DNA of 64,000 bases from NCBI GenBank assembly GCA_958009085.1, contig OY253674.1, forward strand, positions 868,001 to 932,000, written 5' to 3'. Source of the DNA: Protoeuglena noctilucae. Lineage: Eukaryota. Of the stretch, positions 39,927 through 61,178 are shown one piece after another; within the stretch, counting starts at the first letter, position 1; each line of letters begins with the position of its first letter. Under the pieces are notes generated by a model, which was not told the origin of the DNA, searched no databases, and saw only the letters and a program-made list of their open reading frames with translations. The position numbers and the translations under genes were made by a program.

Positions 39927-41300
39927 TCATGCGTAGTTGACGGCGCTCTCGTAGGTGGGAACCATGTTCTTGATGTTGATGAAGGCGTCCTCGCCCCCGC
40001 GCATCTCAAACAGCGCCAGCGTGTCGGCAATCAGCTCCCCCAGGCAGTCGTTGTTCCTGCAAGGGACACGAGGACAACACTTGACGACCAGCACACGGCT
40101 GCCACCCACGCATGAGACCGTGACAGTCCCATGAGAGAGCCTGTGGGTGCCACAGGCTCTCCATCAGCACTCCGTGGCCCCCTGGCCCTCACCGCTGCGC
40201 GTAGTCGATCTGGTCCCCGAGGTTCTTGTTGTCGTTGCGGTAGATGTTGAAGATGGGGAGGATTTGGCGGTAGTAGGGCACCAGGGCCTCGCCCACCAGG
40301 TCCGCGGCCACGACCAGCTTCTGCAGCAGCTGCAGCGTGATGCACATGACCTCGGGGTCGCGCGTGTTGAGCGCCGTCTTGATCGGGATGATGAGCTGCG
40401 GCACGACCGGCAGGATCTTGGGGCCCCCGACGCGCAGGAGGTCCTCGACGCCCTTGACGGCCAGGAAGCGGTACGGGTCCTCCTTCTCGCGGATGCCGTC
40501 GAAGAAGATGGGCAGGTAGTGGTGGTAGTCCAGCTGCTTTGGGTCGTGCTTCCACTTGATCGTGTTGCGCACGCCCGAATGGTCCACCACCACGGGCAGG
40601 TCGCCGCGCTCGTAGAAGCGGCGGAAGGCAGTGTTCGGGGGATTGTCGCGGCGCCGGAAGGCCCCCGCGGCGGGAGGGATGGGCTTGGGGCGCTCCGCCA
40701 CCGCGTGGAAGCGACCCGTGCCGGGGAGGATGCCCTCGCCCTTCTGCGTCCGGAGAGCGCAGGGGGGACGGGGTGGGTCTACGCGCGCCGAGCGAGCCGG
40801 ACGGGAGCCGCGGCGTCGTGCAACCACGCGAGGGTGCGGCAGCCTGGACAGCGGCGCACCTTCAGGTAGTCTCCGGGGTCTGGGACCGGCGTGGGGAGCT
40901 CGTAGGAGCAGGTCGACTTCATCCACCGCGGCAGGGGCCCCTCAATCGCGATGCGCTTGTGCGAGCCGGCCCGTAGCGAGTTGGCCTTGCTCGTGTCAAA
41001 GCACGACCCGGTCTCCACCGCGCGCCCCGCCTCAAGCTTCCCCGCGATCTTAGTGTTGCGGTAGGTGGAGGTCAGGAGCCCGCCGGCGATGTCCGGCAAG
41101 TCCTGCGAGGGGGGAGGCCGGCAGGGCGGTCGTACGACATGCCAGGCGGCTCGGCCTCCGAGGAGGTGCAGCTCCGCGATCTGTCGAGGTCGTCGAGCAC
41201 GAATCCATATCCGGATCAGCTGGACGAAAGGTGCGAGGGCCAGGCGCACGGGGCGCGCGCGGGGGCTGGACGGCAGGGTAAGCCGGGAGAGATGGGGCAT
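39927..41300 (-). CDS. PACRG: PACRG, axonemal inner-junction protein (5' end uncertain upstream of 41103)
   Basis: Motifs [52 protein letters not shown] and [18 protein letters not shown]. Confidence 0.95.
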
Positions 41301-42124
41301 TCGCGTGCCCCCTGGGTCCCTCCCAGGCCACGGCAAGGACCGAGGACGACAATAGATCGTGTGGTCACCGCATGCGGCCGGCTGATGAGCCAGGGCGGGT
41401 GCCAGGGGGTGGGGGGCAAGGCGCGAAAGCGGTTTCGCGACGGCGGGGGCAGGGACCGAAGCGGCAGGTCCAAATTATCGCACGAATATTTCTGAGACGC
41501 TCTGCCCCGAAGGGGGCGATGCTTGTTTAGCGAGAGCGGTGGAAACGGCGCGGAAGGGGAGTCAGCCTGTCGGGAGCTCCCCGTGGCCCCCTGGTCCACG
41601 CGGCGGGGCATGCGATGGGCGAGTGCAATAAAATACGAACACTTGGGAGGGCGCAGTCCCCGGACGCGGCGGCAGGGGCGGAGATTAAGCGGGCTGGCTT
41701 CCCCAGGGACATGCCGGGTCGGGTGCGCAGGGGAGGGGCGCGTCACCTGCAGAGTCGTCATGGCCACCCCCCTTTTTCCTCAATCCACCAAGCGGCGGGC
41801 TGTCGGGGCGCCTCGTTCCCTAGGTCCAGCCGACGGGCCGTCAGTGTGCACCCCAGAGCCGGGGAAGGTCGAGCAAGTGCGGAGGCCTTGTCGTCATCAC
41901 ACGGAAGAGCGAGAATGCAGGGCCTGTGCACGGGGCGGAGCCGGCACAAATGCAAGGGCCCGACACTCGGTTCGGGCACGGGCAGCCGGCGCCTTCAGGC
42001 TCGTCGCAATCGCCATTGGTTACCTGAGTTGGTACTTACGCTCGCTGGCCAGGCTGCTGTGGCAATCGAGGGGTCTCCAGAGCCGCGCACGCTTTTTCCT
42101 GCGAGCCACACGTGACACGGAGGG

Positions 42125-43038
42125 ATGCGCGCACTGAGGGCCACCGTTCAGAGGACCGCGCTCGCACTATCAGCAAGAGGGCGGATATGCGCCGCTGGTC
42201 CGGCCCCCTCGCGTCCTGTGCGCGGCGCCAGGGCGATGGCTCGCGCCGTGAGCGTGCAGGCGAGTCGCTTGCCGCCGACAGAGGTGCGTCCGCGGGGAAC
42301 TGGTGACACTGAGGCAGGTGGTGCAAATGGAGGGCTTTGCGGGTGCGACCCTTCGCCGATGGAGGCGCGTCAGCAGGGAGCTTGTGATGCGGATGGAGGG
42401 ATTGGTGGATTCCATTGTGTGGCGCCTGCGTGCAGACGTCGCCGCGCGTGGCTCCGACGTCGCTCACCGCGGACGGGAGCCTGCCCAAGTGGGAAATCCG
42501 GATGCTGTACGACGGCGGGTGCCCGCTCTGCATGCGTGAGGTGGACATGCTGAGGCAGCGGGACGCGGGGGTCGGGCGTATCGACTTCGTCGACATTGAC
42601 CAGGAGGGCTACGACCCGGCGTTGAACGCGGGCATCACGTTCGAGCAGGCCATGGGGAGCATCCACGCCATCACGCGGGAGGGCGAAGTGGTCACGGGCA
42701 TGCCCGTCTTCCGCCGGCTGTACGGTGCGTGTACAATTTCTGCGGCGCTTATGACGAGGCGGAACGGGTGCCAGCCGCAAGTTTTCACAAAGGCACAACA
42801 TGTAACACTTGTTGTGTCCTGTGGCATTTCCGCAGAGGTCGTGGGGCTCGGGTGGGTCTACGCGGTGACACGGTTACCCTGGGTGGAGCGCGCGGCCAGC
42901 GCTGTCTACGACGTCTGGGCCAGGAACCGCCTGGCCGTCACGGGGCGCCCGCCCATGGAGCAGATCCTAGCAGCTAAGCAGTCCTGCAGGGACGGGGCGT
43001 GCGACCTGCCGGGCCCTGGCCAGACGCGCCGTGAATGA
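42125..43038 (+). CDS. DUF393/DCC-family thiol-disulfide oxidoreductase, plastid-type N-terminus
   Basis: MLYDGGCPLCMREV (DxxCxLC), AMGSIHAI, FRRLY|EVVGLGWVYA and YDVWARNRL; 2 introns. Confidence 0.88.
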
Positions 43039-43234
43039 GGATGATGCGTCACATCCACACCGACTGGCCCATCACACCTATGCTCGCTATGCTCGCTAGT
43101 TGCACCGCGCGGCTGCCATTGCGCCGCGTTTGATAGAAGAGAGCCGCAGGCGCTGCGTTCAAGAACAAATCGTCGATTTAATCCTAGCGACCCGCCCCAC
43201 GCCTGCTGCCGTATCTCATCCTGCCACCTCCCTC

Positions 43235-51474
<8,240 letters not shown>

Positions 51475-52155
51475 GCCCTCCTCCCTGTATCACCTCTGCG
51501 TGGGCAAACATGCATCCATCAAGCAGCCCTCGCGTCGGCATCCGCGGTAGGGCGGGCCAACGCGATGCCAAGCTTTCCCCAGCCGTGGCAGAGGCCTGCG
51601 ACAGCCATTCGCACAGGCACCAAAGCGAACGGAAGAAACGTTTCGATCTAAAGCGACCCGCTTTACAACCGCGACTGAGGGGCGGAGCGGGGGACTCCAA
51701 ACCCTGTGCTGGGGCCTACGCGCCCGCAGGCATCGGCTGCGCCGGCCAGAGCTCGTCACATCTGACCGCGTGCATCCTTGCACATATTACAGCACATCGG
51801 CACGCCCGCGGGAGCGCAGGAGCCCGCACCTGTCCAAGGCGCAACGGGGTGCAGCTGGGCTTGCCCATTGCCGCGTGGCTTGCCTGGATGGCGTCCTTGT
51901 CTGCGGGTCCGGATGAAATGCTTGTGGCTGGACGACGCCTTGGCTGGAAAGCAGCCGGGAAATGCTCTTGGCGGGTTTACCACCTGCCAGGCCCGCCGGG
52001 GGTGGACCGACACGCGCCGGAACGGCGTCTTTGCGATATCAAAACGCCATTTATCGGATCCCACCCCGCATCGGGCAGGGGGGTTCTTTTCGTGGCGCGG
52101 CTCCCGCCCATCGTCGCCGCGACACGCCCGATCGTGGCGACCAGTGAGCTCGACG

Positions 52156-54200
52156 ATGGCCATGCCGCTGGCGTCGTGCGTTAGGGCGGAGGCGGGCGCG
52201 AGCACCTCGACTCGGTCGGCCGCTCCCTCTGCGCGACTCGCGCGGGCCCCGTGGGCGCTGCCGTCGCATCCGAGCCATGCTTGTTTGACGGGAAGGGCGC
52301 GGGTGCTTCCCGCGGCCACCTTATCGCGGCGGGCGGCGCTGCTCGGGATGATGGGGGGTGGGGCTCAGCGGACCCGGGCCGCGAATGGCGCCGAGCAGAT
52401 GACGGCCCAGGAGACCGTGGAGAGCGAGGTGAGCGTCTGTGATGGCCGGCCGTCATGCGCGCGGCCGGCGCTGACGCGGAGCGCGGCGCGCCGTCGGGGA
52501 ACACGCTCTGGTCCGCACTTGGGCCTGGACGGTCGCGCCGCGCGCCCCGCGCATCCCCGCTGCCCTGCGCTGCATCGGGCCGTCGCTGCGTCGCGATCGC
52601 GTGCTGTCCGCGCCCTCACAACGCCTCAAGCGCCCCCCGCGCGTCCGCAGCCGGCCCCCCGAGACCAGGTCGTCTTGGGCGGCATTGAGGACCCCAACAC
52701 GTGCCCCCCGACACGCCTCACGCACAACGGGCGCATCGTGGCGATGGGAGATTTGCATGGCGACTTGCGGAAGACGCTCATGGCCCTCAAGGTCGCGGGG
52801 GTGGTGGAGGAGCGCAACGGCCGGCCTCATTGGGTCGGGGAGGACACGCTGGTGAGCCGCTGCGGGCCCCATGTTGCGCATCGAGACTCAATCGCTTTGC
52901 AGACATGTCCGCAGTCAACAGCGCCGCCATCGCCCCGGCCCGCACGCCGCACGCTCTGTTTGCATGCCTAGTCCATCTGTCGCGCTCATCCGCGGCTCAT
53001 CCGTGGCCCCTCCCCTCCCCTCTCCCCGCAGGTGATTCAGATGGGCGACATCCTCGACCGCGGCGACAACGAGATCGCCATCCTGTCGCTGCTTCGGGAG
53101 GTGGGGCGCATGGCGAGGGAACAGGGCGGCGATGTCGTCCTGTTGAACGGCAACCACGAGTCGCTGAACGTGGCGGGGGACTTCCGCTACGTGACGCCCG
53201 GGGCGTTCTTCGAGTCTGCCATCGCGGCGGGGCTCACGGGGGAGCAGGCCTACGAGTTTGAGTTCCAACTCCAGGTGTGGGGCGGTGATGGGGTGGGATA
53301 GGATGCAGTCGGGTGGGGCTGCGGTGTACATGGCGTCTAATGAAGGAAGTGTTATATCTTCCATGCATGTACCTCACTGTGCCTGTCCCTGTCTGTGTTT
53401 CTGCAGGCCCGCTTTGCGCTGTGGTCGCCCGGTGGCCCCCTGGCCCGCGAGCTGGCCAAGAACCCGACCGTGTTGATCGTGAACGACACGGTGTTCGTGC
53501 ACGGCGGCCTGACCGTCGAGCACATCGAGTACGGGCTGGAGAAGATCAACCTGGAGGTAGCGCAGTGGATGCGGGGCGATCCGGTCGGGGAGGGTGGCCG
53601 CCCCGCACCACCACCCTTCCTGGCGATGGGTGACCAGAGCTCGCTGATGTGGAACCGCACCTTCTCCAAGGAGCGATTCTCGAACCCTCGGGACAAGTAC
53701 ACGGTGTGCCAGCAGCTCAACGAGGCGCTCCAGGCCATCAAGTGCGAGCGCATGGTCGTGGGGCACACCCCGCAGTTCTCGGGGTGCAACGCCGAGTGCA
53801 ACCGCAAGGTGAGACGACGGGGGGTGGGGTGGATCGGTGGAGTGAGCAAGAGTGGGCGAGGTGAGGGGCGCGGAGGGGTGAAGTGGTCGGGGGCGGGTGG
53901 GGGGCACGATCGAGTGTCTAGGGCATGGGGATGCAGATCAGACGAACCAAGCTATACCTAGCTAACTAGCAACAAACCAGACCAAGACTGGGCTGAATTG
54001 GTTCATTTGGTCCCGCAACGCAGGTGTGGCGCATCGACGTGGGGATGTCGGCGGGGGTGCTGGACGCGCGTCCGGAGATTTTGGAGCTCACGAGGGACCC
54101 CGTGACGGGGGCGGCGGACATGCGGGTCATCACGGGGGTGCGGTCGCCGAGCAGGAGCAACGGGCGGGCCACGGCGGGGGTCATGGCTCCCGAGGCGTGA
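52156..54200 (+). CDS. SLP1: Shewanella-like protein phosphatase (SLP1-like metallophosphoesterase), plastid-type N-terminus
   Basis: Motifs GDLHGD, GDILDRG, GNHE, VHGG, VVGHTPQ and the SLP-typical VWRIDVGMS; 4 introns. Confidence 0.88.
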
Positions 54201-54567
54201 GGGGCGGTGGCGGAGCTTTGTAAAAGGCGGGGGCGGAGTTTCATGAGGCGCGGTGGCGGAGCTTCCCTGTGCAAGGCTGCTGTCGTTCTCCGCTCTGTTC
54301 CCCGGCCCATGCGATGATCCGCGGGTACTGTTATGCCCAGCGGGGAACAGCCGACCACGGCGCGCGTTGTGTCTAGCGGGCACGTCGCTGTGTGGCAGTG
54401 TGCCAGTCGCGTGCGATTCACGCAGCGTTGCCCGTTCCAAGGACGTCAGCCCCGAGAGGCATGAACGAGACAGTGTCTAGCGAACCATGCAACACAGCCA
54501 GCGAAGTGCAGCCGAACCAAGAGCTGGCTCAACGCTCTTGCCCAGCTCTCTGCAGCACACCCCACGC

Positions 54568-57500
54568 CTACCCTCCCTGCCCCGCCCCAACCCGCACCGC
54601 CCCGCCCCACGTCCACTGGCCCCCGGGCTGGAGCTCCAGTTTGACATCATGGAATGCCTCCAGAGTCGGCCTGTGCCCCACCGACACGTACGTTATGCCC
54701 GCCTTAGCCACGGCCTCGTACATGCGAGCCTCGTTTCCCGTGTCCAGCGCACTGGTGCTCTCGTCCATCAGAGCCAGCTGCGGGAGTGAGACGAGAGGTG
54801 GCATCTCACAACCTCGCCGTCCTAGCAACTGGTAGCTGCGGGCAAGCCATCAACCCCAGTCCTCACCGACGGCCTGGCCAGCAGGAGCCGCGCGAACGCC
54901 AGCCGCTGCTGCTCCCCCAGCGACAGCACCGCCGACCAATCCGTCTCCGCATCCAATGCCGACCCAGGCCCTGCCCCCTCGCCGCCCCCGTACCGCTCCA
55001 ACAGACCCCCCAGCCCCACGTCCCGCAGCGCCCCAGCCACCTCCTCGTCCGTCGGGATCGGTCGAGCCCCCTCGCCCGCTGCCTGCCCGCCCTCCCCAGC
55101 CCCCACATCCCACTCCTCTGCCTGCGTGAAGCCCCCCTTCCCGAACAGCGTGTCCAGCCAACGCGGCATCCACCCCGCAGCACGTTCCGTCCCCGCCGCG
55201 TCACTCCGGCGCCACACGGGGTACAGCACGATGTCCCGCAGCGTGCCGAGGGGCAGGTAGGGCTTCTGCGGCACAAAGAAGATGTCTCCACCACCCGCGC
55301 CCGCCACCACGGGCTGCCCGTACCGCACCACGCTCCCCGACCCTCGCGGCCAGAGACCCGCCAGAGAACTGCAAGAGCGAGGGTAAAAATATGATCACTG
55401 AGCCATGTCATGCTGGCGACTGCGGAGCACTGCCTGCTTCCCACAACAAGCATGCAAACGAGGTGAATGATGCCTCACCGTAGCATGGTCGTCTTGCCGA
55501 CCCCACTGGGCCCAACGATGAGGACGTTCTCCCCTCTCCGCACCGTCATGTCCAACCCCGTGACCAGCACCCGCTGCCCGTCCGCACCCCCGTTGCCCTT
55601 CTCCCCTCCAGCGCCCGCCTGCCTCCCCGGGGCCAGGAGGCTCAGCCCCTGCACCTCCATCAGCACCGCCCCCTTCTCCCCCAACGCCCCGTCTTTTACT
55701 TGGATGCCTGACTGCCCCGATGTCGACGTCTCAAGAGCCTCAGCAAACTCCCCCAGTCGGTCCACCACTGCCGAGAAGCCCGCGAGCAGCTCGAGCTGGT
55801 TGACGATGATGGACACGTCTGACAGGATGTGGTTGAAGGCCGAATTGGACTGCGTGACCACGCCCAGCTCAATCTCCCCACGGAAGTACAGGGGCGCCAC
55901 CTGGGCACGCTGAGGAGTGCCGAGGTGAGGGATGACTTGATAACATGAAAGATGCTTTTAAGGTGGGGTGGCAAAGAAGGGGCATGGTGGGCAGTGCGGG
56001 ATTAAGGTTGAAGGGGTGGGTGCTGACAGGCGCAGCAGACCACTCACCACGGCGGTGGGCAGGAGGATGATGATGAACTTGTAGAAGCTGGTGTAGAAGC
56101 TGAGGTTCCTCTGCGCCCCCAGCAGGCCCGTGAGGTTGGCCACGGCACGGCGCAGGCGGTCCTTGAGGGTCGCGGACTCGAGCGCCTCCCCACCGAAGAA
56201 AGCCACACTGAGAGGGAGAGGAAGGGAGACGAGTGAAGGTGTGGATGGATACGGACTCGAGTGAAGTCATGGATGGATGCATGCGGACTGGTGCGGTGCA
56301 GTGCAGTGCGTGTGCACTGCTGCGAGTGGATAGGCACTGCCCGTGGCATGTCCTTTGCCGCGTGCCATCCGCGCCCCCCACCTCTCGCTGTTCTCCCGCA
56401 GACGCACGAGGGAATAGCGCAGATCCGCCTCCGCCTTCTCCTGCCGGAAGTTGAGGGGCACCAGGGGCCGCCCGAACTGGAGGGACAGGGCCGTGCCGCC
56501 GACGGCGTAGACGAAGAGGGCCAGGAACAGGGGCGGGTAGATCTGGTACAGGATGCCGGAGAAGGAGACGAGGTCGGTGAGGCTGGCGAGGACGACGAGG
56601 GCCAGGGAGAGCGCCGTGGCGGTGAAGGCGTCGACGTCGCTGGTCAGACGCTGGTCGGGGTTGTCGACCAGGCGGTCCCATTGGATGCGGTAGTAGGCGC
56701 GCTGTGGAGAGGAGGGAGGAAGACGGCCATGGGTGGGTGGCGGGTGGGTAGCAGGGGTGACCTAGGGCGACAGCTAGGGGGCTCGGGACAGGGCCGGTCT
56801 TGTCGAGGCAGGCGCAGGGCAGCTGGCTCACCCTGTCGAGGTACTCGTCTAGGAGTTGGCGCGTCATCCACTGTCGCCAGTCGAGGGCCATCTTGCCCTG
56901 AATGTAGTCCTTGAGCACAAACACCGGGATGCCCACGAGAAAGCCGCCCAGGTAGGTCCAGAGCTGGTGCCAGAAGGCCGCCTCGTTGCGCTCGCTGAGC
57001 GCGTTGAAGAAGTCGCGGCCGAGGAAGTTGAACCACACCGAGACTCCGGTCCCCGCGAGGGTGAACGCGAGCACGCCCCCGAGCTGCAACCACGCATTGC
57101 CGCGGGACTCGGGGCTCGTGAAGTAGGGCGTCGCTAACAAGCGCAGCCGAGTCCAAAGGACGCCCAGGTCCGTGCTGGCGCCCACGCTGCGCTCGCCCGC
57201 GCTGAAGCGGAGGTGGGAGGAATCCGCCTTCGCTGCGGAAAGGGCGAAGGCGATAGAGCATGAACGGAAGCAGCAAATGCGATGGCAATAGCTCATGAAG
57301 AGACGCAACAAGTGATTCCAAAGGGTTGAGGTGGGCACGGGGCCGGGCGTGGGCCGGCGCGGCTGAGCGATCGACGACTGGTGGCTTGGAAGGCAGCAGG
57401 GGCCTGTGGCGTGGAGCGCGCATTTGCCAAAGCAGGCACATGCTCACCAGGCGCATCATCGCCGGTATCAGCCTTGCATCGCACTGTCCGCGGTCGGCGG

Positions 57501-57616
57501 TCGCGGGATGGCGCTGTCACGGGCGCGGGTCTCTGTGAAATGGACGCCTGCCTCCGCTGCCGCATCCTAGCTCCGACAGCGGGCACAGCGACCGAGACCG
57601 ACAGCGAGGATCGCAT
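54568..57616 (-). CDS. ABC transporter subfamily D half-transporter (plastid ABCD2/YddA-like)
   Basis: Motifs DNPDQRL, EADLRYSLVRLRENSESVAFFGGE (EAA-like), Walker A GPSGVGKT, FVPQKPY, LSLGEQQRLAFAR, DESTSALD and SVGHR. The exact 3' end is uncertain. Confidence 0.92.
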
Positions 57617-58008
57617 CGGGCCCCTTCACGCCTCGACAGCGAGTCCAAGGAGGGCGACCCAGGGGAACAGCACGATGAAGAGCCCTTATCAGGCAAGCCG
57701 TTGATTCTCACGCCATTCCGCGCACCTCTCGGCTACCCTATGCGGATAAAGAAGCATGCAGGGACCATGGCTTGTTCATCGGCCCCACCAACTCAGGCCA
57801 AGAGCCCGACTCATGCATCGCGCCAGTGCGCAACGGCTTGTGACGATGGAATGAATCCAATATCCACCATGCGCGCTCTACTCACGAAGCAGAAGCATCC
57901 GGTGGCACTGACCTCTCGCATCGTGCAGAGCCGGGCGCCGTTTCTTGGCCTCATGGGCGACCAAGGCCTGGACCTTCGTCCTTGACGAACGGCAAGGGGA
58001 AACGAGAC

Positions 58009-58703
58009 ATGGCGCCGCTTCTCGGAGTGAAATTCTTCTCCCTGGCGCTGAAGACGCTGTCCAAACCCATCGCATCGCGCATCCGCCGCTATGTGATGAA
58101 CCATCCCGACTGGAGGTGTGTTCGTGAGAGGAACGAGCGGTTTGTCTGCTGCAATGCAGAGTTTATGAGCTAGATAAAGGGCAGGCGGTGGTCACGACGC
58201 CTGATGCGCATCGCGGGTGACGCAGGCGACCCTGGGAGGCAGTGACGCATCCCGCCCTCCCCGCCCGCAGTCGGCGTCTCATCCAGTTCGCGCAATGGAC
58301 CCAGCGGCTTGAGGTCGCGATGCAGCGCAGCACGGACGACAAGGAGGGAAAGGCTTTTGTGGGCAGGCTCACGGACGAGGCCGCTATCACGCGGGCGTCG
58401 AATCTGGTTTCGGAAATCACGCTTTTCGGCATCGCGACGGGCCTCCTGGTCTTTGAGATGAACCAAGCCTCGCGCACGAACGAGGAGAAGGCGCAGAAGG
58501 CCAGGGAGGAGCGGGAGGAGCTGGACCGTCGCCTCACGAACCAGGAGCGGTTGCTGATTGAGCTCCTCGCCGCTGCCAGGTGTGAGGCCGCGACGGGCTG
58601 GACTGTGGCCGATGACGGGTTGCGGGACGTCGGGGTGTCGGGAGATGGAAGGCCCATCCCGCTTGAGTGCGCAGGGACCAGGAGGAGCGGTTGCTCAGCC
58701 TAG
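58009..58703 (+). CDS. OPA3: OPA3-like mitochondrial protein
   Basis: KFFSLALKTLSKPIASRIR...HP, LTDEAAITRASNLVSEITLF and a following coiled coil; 1 intron. Confidence 0.85.
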
Positions 58704-59090
58704 AGAGCGCTGGGGCCAAGAGCGCTGCGGGGGGACGGGGCTGGCTGGGGCTCGGGCTTGGGTGAGAAAGCAGAGTCGCCGATGCGCCTCTGCTTGCCGT
58801 TCGTCGTTTGCCGCAAGACACGGGCTGCTTACATGACACCGTCCCTGCTCTGGCGTCGCAGGTGGGGCGCGAGGAAGACCTTAGAGGGCAGCGAGGACGC
58901 GAAGCGCACTGTTCGACCGGTGGACATCCTGGATGAGACTGCAATGAGGCGTGACGAGCGATAGGGCGCCCTCCCTCAATGTGACATTATGTTGAAGCGG
59001 GAGGCGAGGCGACAAGTGTGAGAGCTGAAAGAGAGCGAAAAACTTGATGTGCGTTCGTGCGTGCTGCACCTGGCTCTGCATGACTGTGGC

Positions 59091-60657
59091 TCAGCTGGAG
59101 ACAAAGCGGAACTGCTTAAGGGCTTGAACGATGCCCCCTGCGCACGGGCGGCTGGCCAGCAGGATGCGGTCGTTGCCCGCAGCGACCTCGCCCGCCGCGA
59201 AGTTGCGCAACTCGTCGTGCGCGTTAGACACAACCGTCCCGTAGACACCCGGCACCTGCGATGCCACATGGCGGCAGATGGTGGTGACTTGTGTGGTACG
59301 CACAAGGTGTTTACAGGAAGGATCACGACCCACAGAGCGTGCACTGCCGCTCCTCGTGATGCGCCCGTCGCCGCACCGCACCTTGAACAGATCCGCATCG
59401 TTCCCGGAGTCGCCGCACACCAGCACGCCGTTTGTTGGTGCCCCGACGCTTTGCGCCATCGCCCCCAGCAGCCAAGCCAGCGCCTGCCCTTTCCCGGCGC
59501 CCTCCGGCAGCACGTCCACGTCCCTCCCGCCCGAGTAAACGACCTGCACGCGGCCAGGTGACGTGCATGAGAGTGCCTTCGCGTACATTGCAGCATGTGC
59601 TATGGCCTGACATGAGGATTTGGCATGATCCAGCGGTGGTGAATTCGAGCTGAGATTACAGGACGCCAGCGTCTCGCCTTGGCTCTCAGCCCCTCTGCTT
59701 GGAGCCTTGCCCCCAGCTCTGCTGCCAAGAGCATCCCCCTCTCGGCCCCCACTTCCGTCGTGAACGACACCTTGTGAGGCCGCTGCTCCGATTCCTGCTG
59801 AAGGACGAGCTCCGGGAACGCAGAGGCCACTGCCAGGCAGCGGGCCCTGTCCCACCCTGCGATGACCGGAGGGAGCCTTGTTGGAACGACATTGCACAGC
59901 CAGCAGAAATGCGCTGAACTGCGGATGCACCTAGCTTCCACATACGCATAATCCACACTCACCGTGGGAGAGGTGCGCGAGCCACTCCTGGTTGAGCTTG
60001 CATGCCCCTGGCGACGTGTCACCCGCGTCACCGCCTGCAAACTCGTAAATCTCCGTCCCCACCGAGCACACGAGGAGGTCCGGGTGCTGCAACGACGACG
60101 GGCAGGGCTCAGGCCGGTGAGTAAACGACCGCAATTGGATCGATGCCCTGTGCCCGGCAAAGCCTCGGGTCCCGTGCGTCAGCGGTGCTTTGTTGCACTC
60201 ACCAGCAATGCAGGCGCAAACTCGCGCAGCTTTTGATACATCTCCAGCGATCTCCCGGTGGAGAAAATGAGAATCGAGTCTCCGGCGAGCTGGTCTTTCC
60301 ACAGAGCGTTGAACTCCTTCAGCAGCGCGTGCTCCGGGTCGTTATGGGCCACCTGCACTTGGCGACGAAACGAGCATGTATGACAGTTTCATGGAAGCAC
60401 GGGGGCCTCGCCGGTCGAGCGACGAGGCGTCCGTGGGGAGCTCCGGGGAGCGAGCGTGTTCGGCGAGGCGAGGCGCGCCGCGGAGCGAATCGCGAGTACG
60501 TGGAGGCATGCATCGGGCCCAACCGTATGTAAGGACTTTGTGACGACCACCTCGAGCGACATCGACAGCGCGTGGGCCTGCAGCTGGCTTCGAGGAGACG
60601 CACCATGGTGTGGTCGAGGTCTGAGACCACGACGCATCGTGGCCGCTTGTTGAACAT
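59091..60657 (-). CDS. SPP: Sucrose-phosphate phosphatase (HAD, S6PP family)
   Basis: Motifs VSDLDHTM, FSTGRS, PDLLVCSVGTEI, QESEQRPHKVSF, K|VVYSGGRDVDVLPEGAGKGQAL, CGDSGNDADLF and CAGGIVQAL; 5 introns, one of them GC-AG. Confidence 0.92.
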
Positions 60658-61178
60658 CGTGTGCTGTTCGCAGACGTGGGAATTGAGTGCCGAGGGTGTC
60701 TAGGAGCACGCGGGTCGGCGCGGGGAGAGGCGTGAAGAGAGGATCTGGTTTCAAGGTTCCCCTGTGTTCGTAAATGCAATGGTGACGCCGCAGACAGTAC
60801 ATGCAACACGATTGCAATCAAAATTCTCCCATGACTTCGCTGCAGCCCTCCCGACAGACCTGGTCTGACGGAACGCATGTGCTGCAGCAACTTCCGTCAC
60901 TTCCGTGAGGCGGGCGAAGAAAGCAGTCGCTGGGTTGGGACGTTGATATCATTTCATGTCGCCGCCACACGTTCCGCATGCCACACTAGGGCGCACACGC
61001 GAACGACATCCAGCACGCATTTCACCACCCCTCGCGTGGCCACGGAGGCTCTCTGAGTGACAGGGGCAGCACACTGCGCAGAACGAGATAGTAGTAATTA
61101 GCTGGACATCACCGCGAGGCCCCCGGCGCGCGGATAGCGGGCACTAGGGCTGTTGTCACGGGCTTCCCTGCCGCGACC

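Noticed and set aside
41300..42125. Parkin/PACRG-type shared promoter
   Set aside because: The divergent partner here is a DUF393 oxidoreductase, not parkin; this is just one case of the general head-to-head layout.
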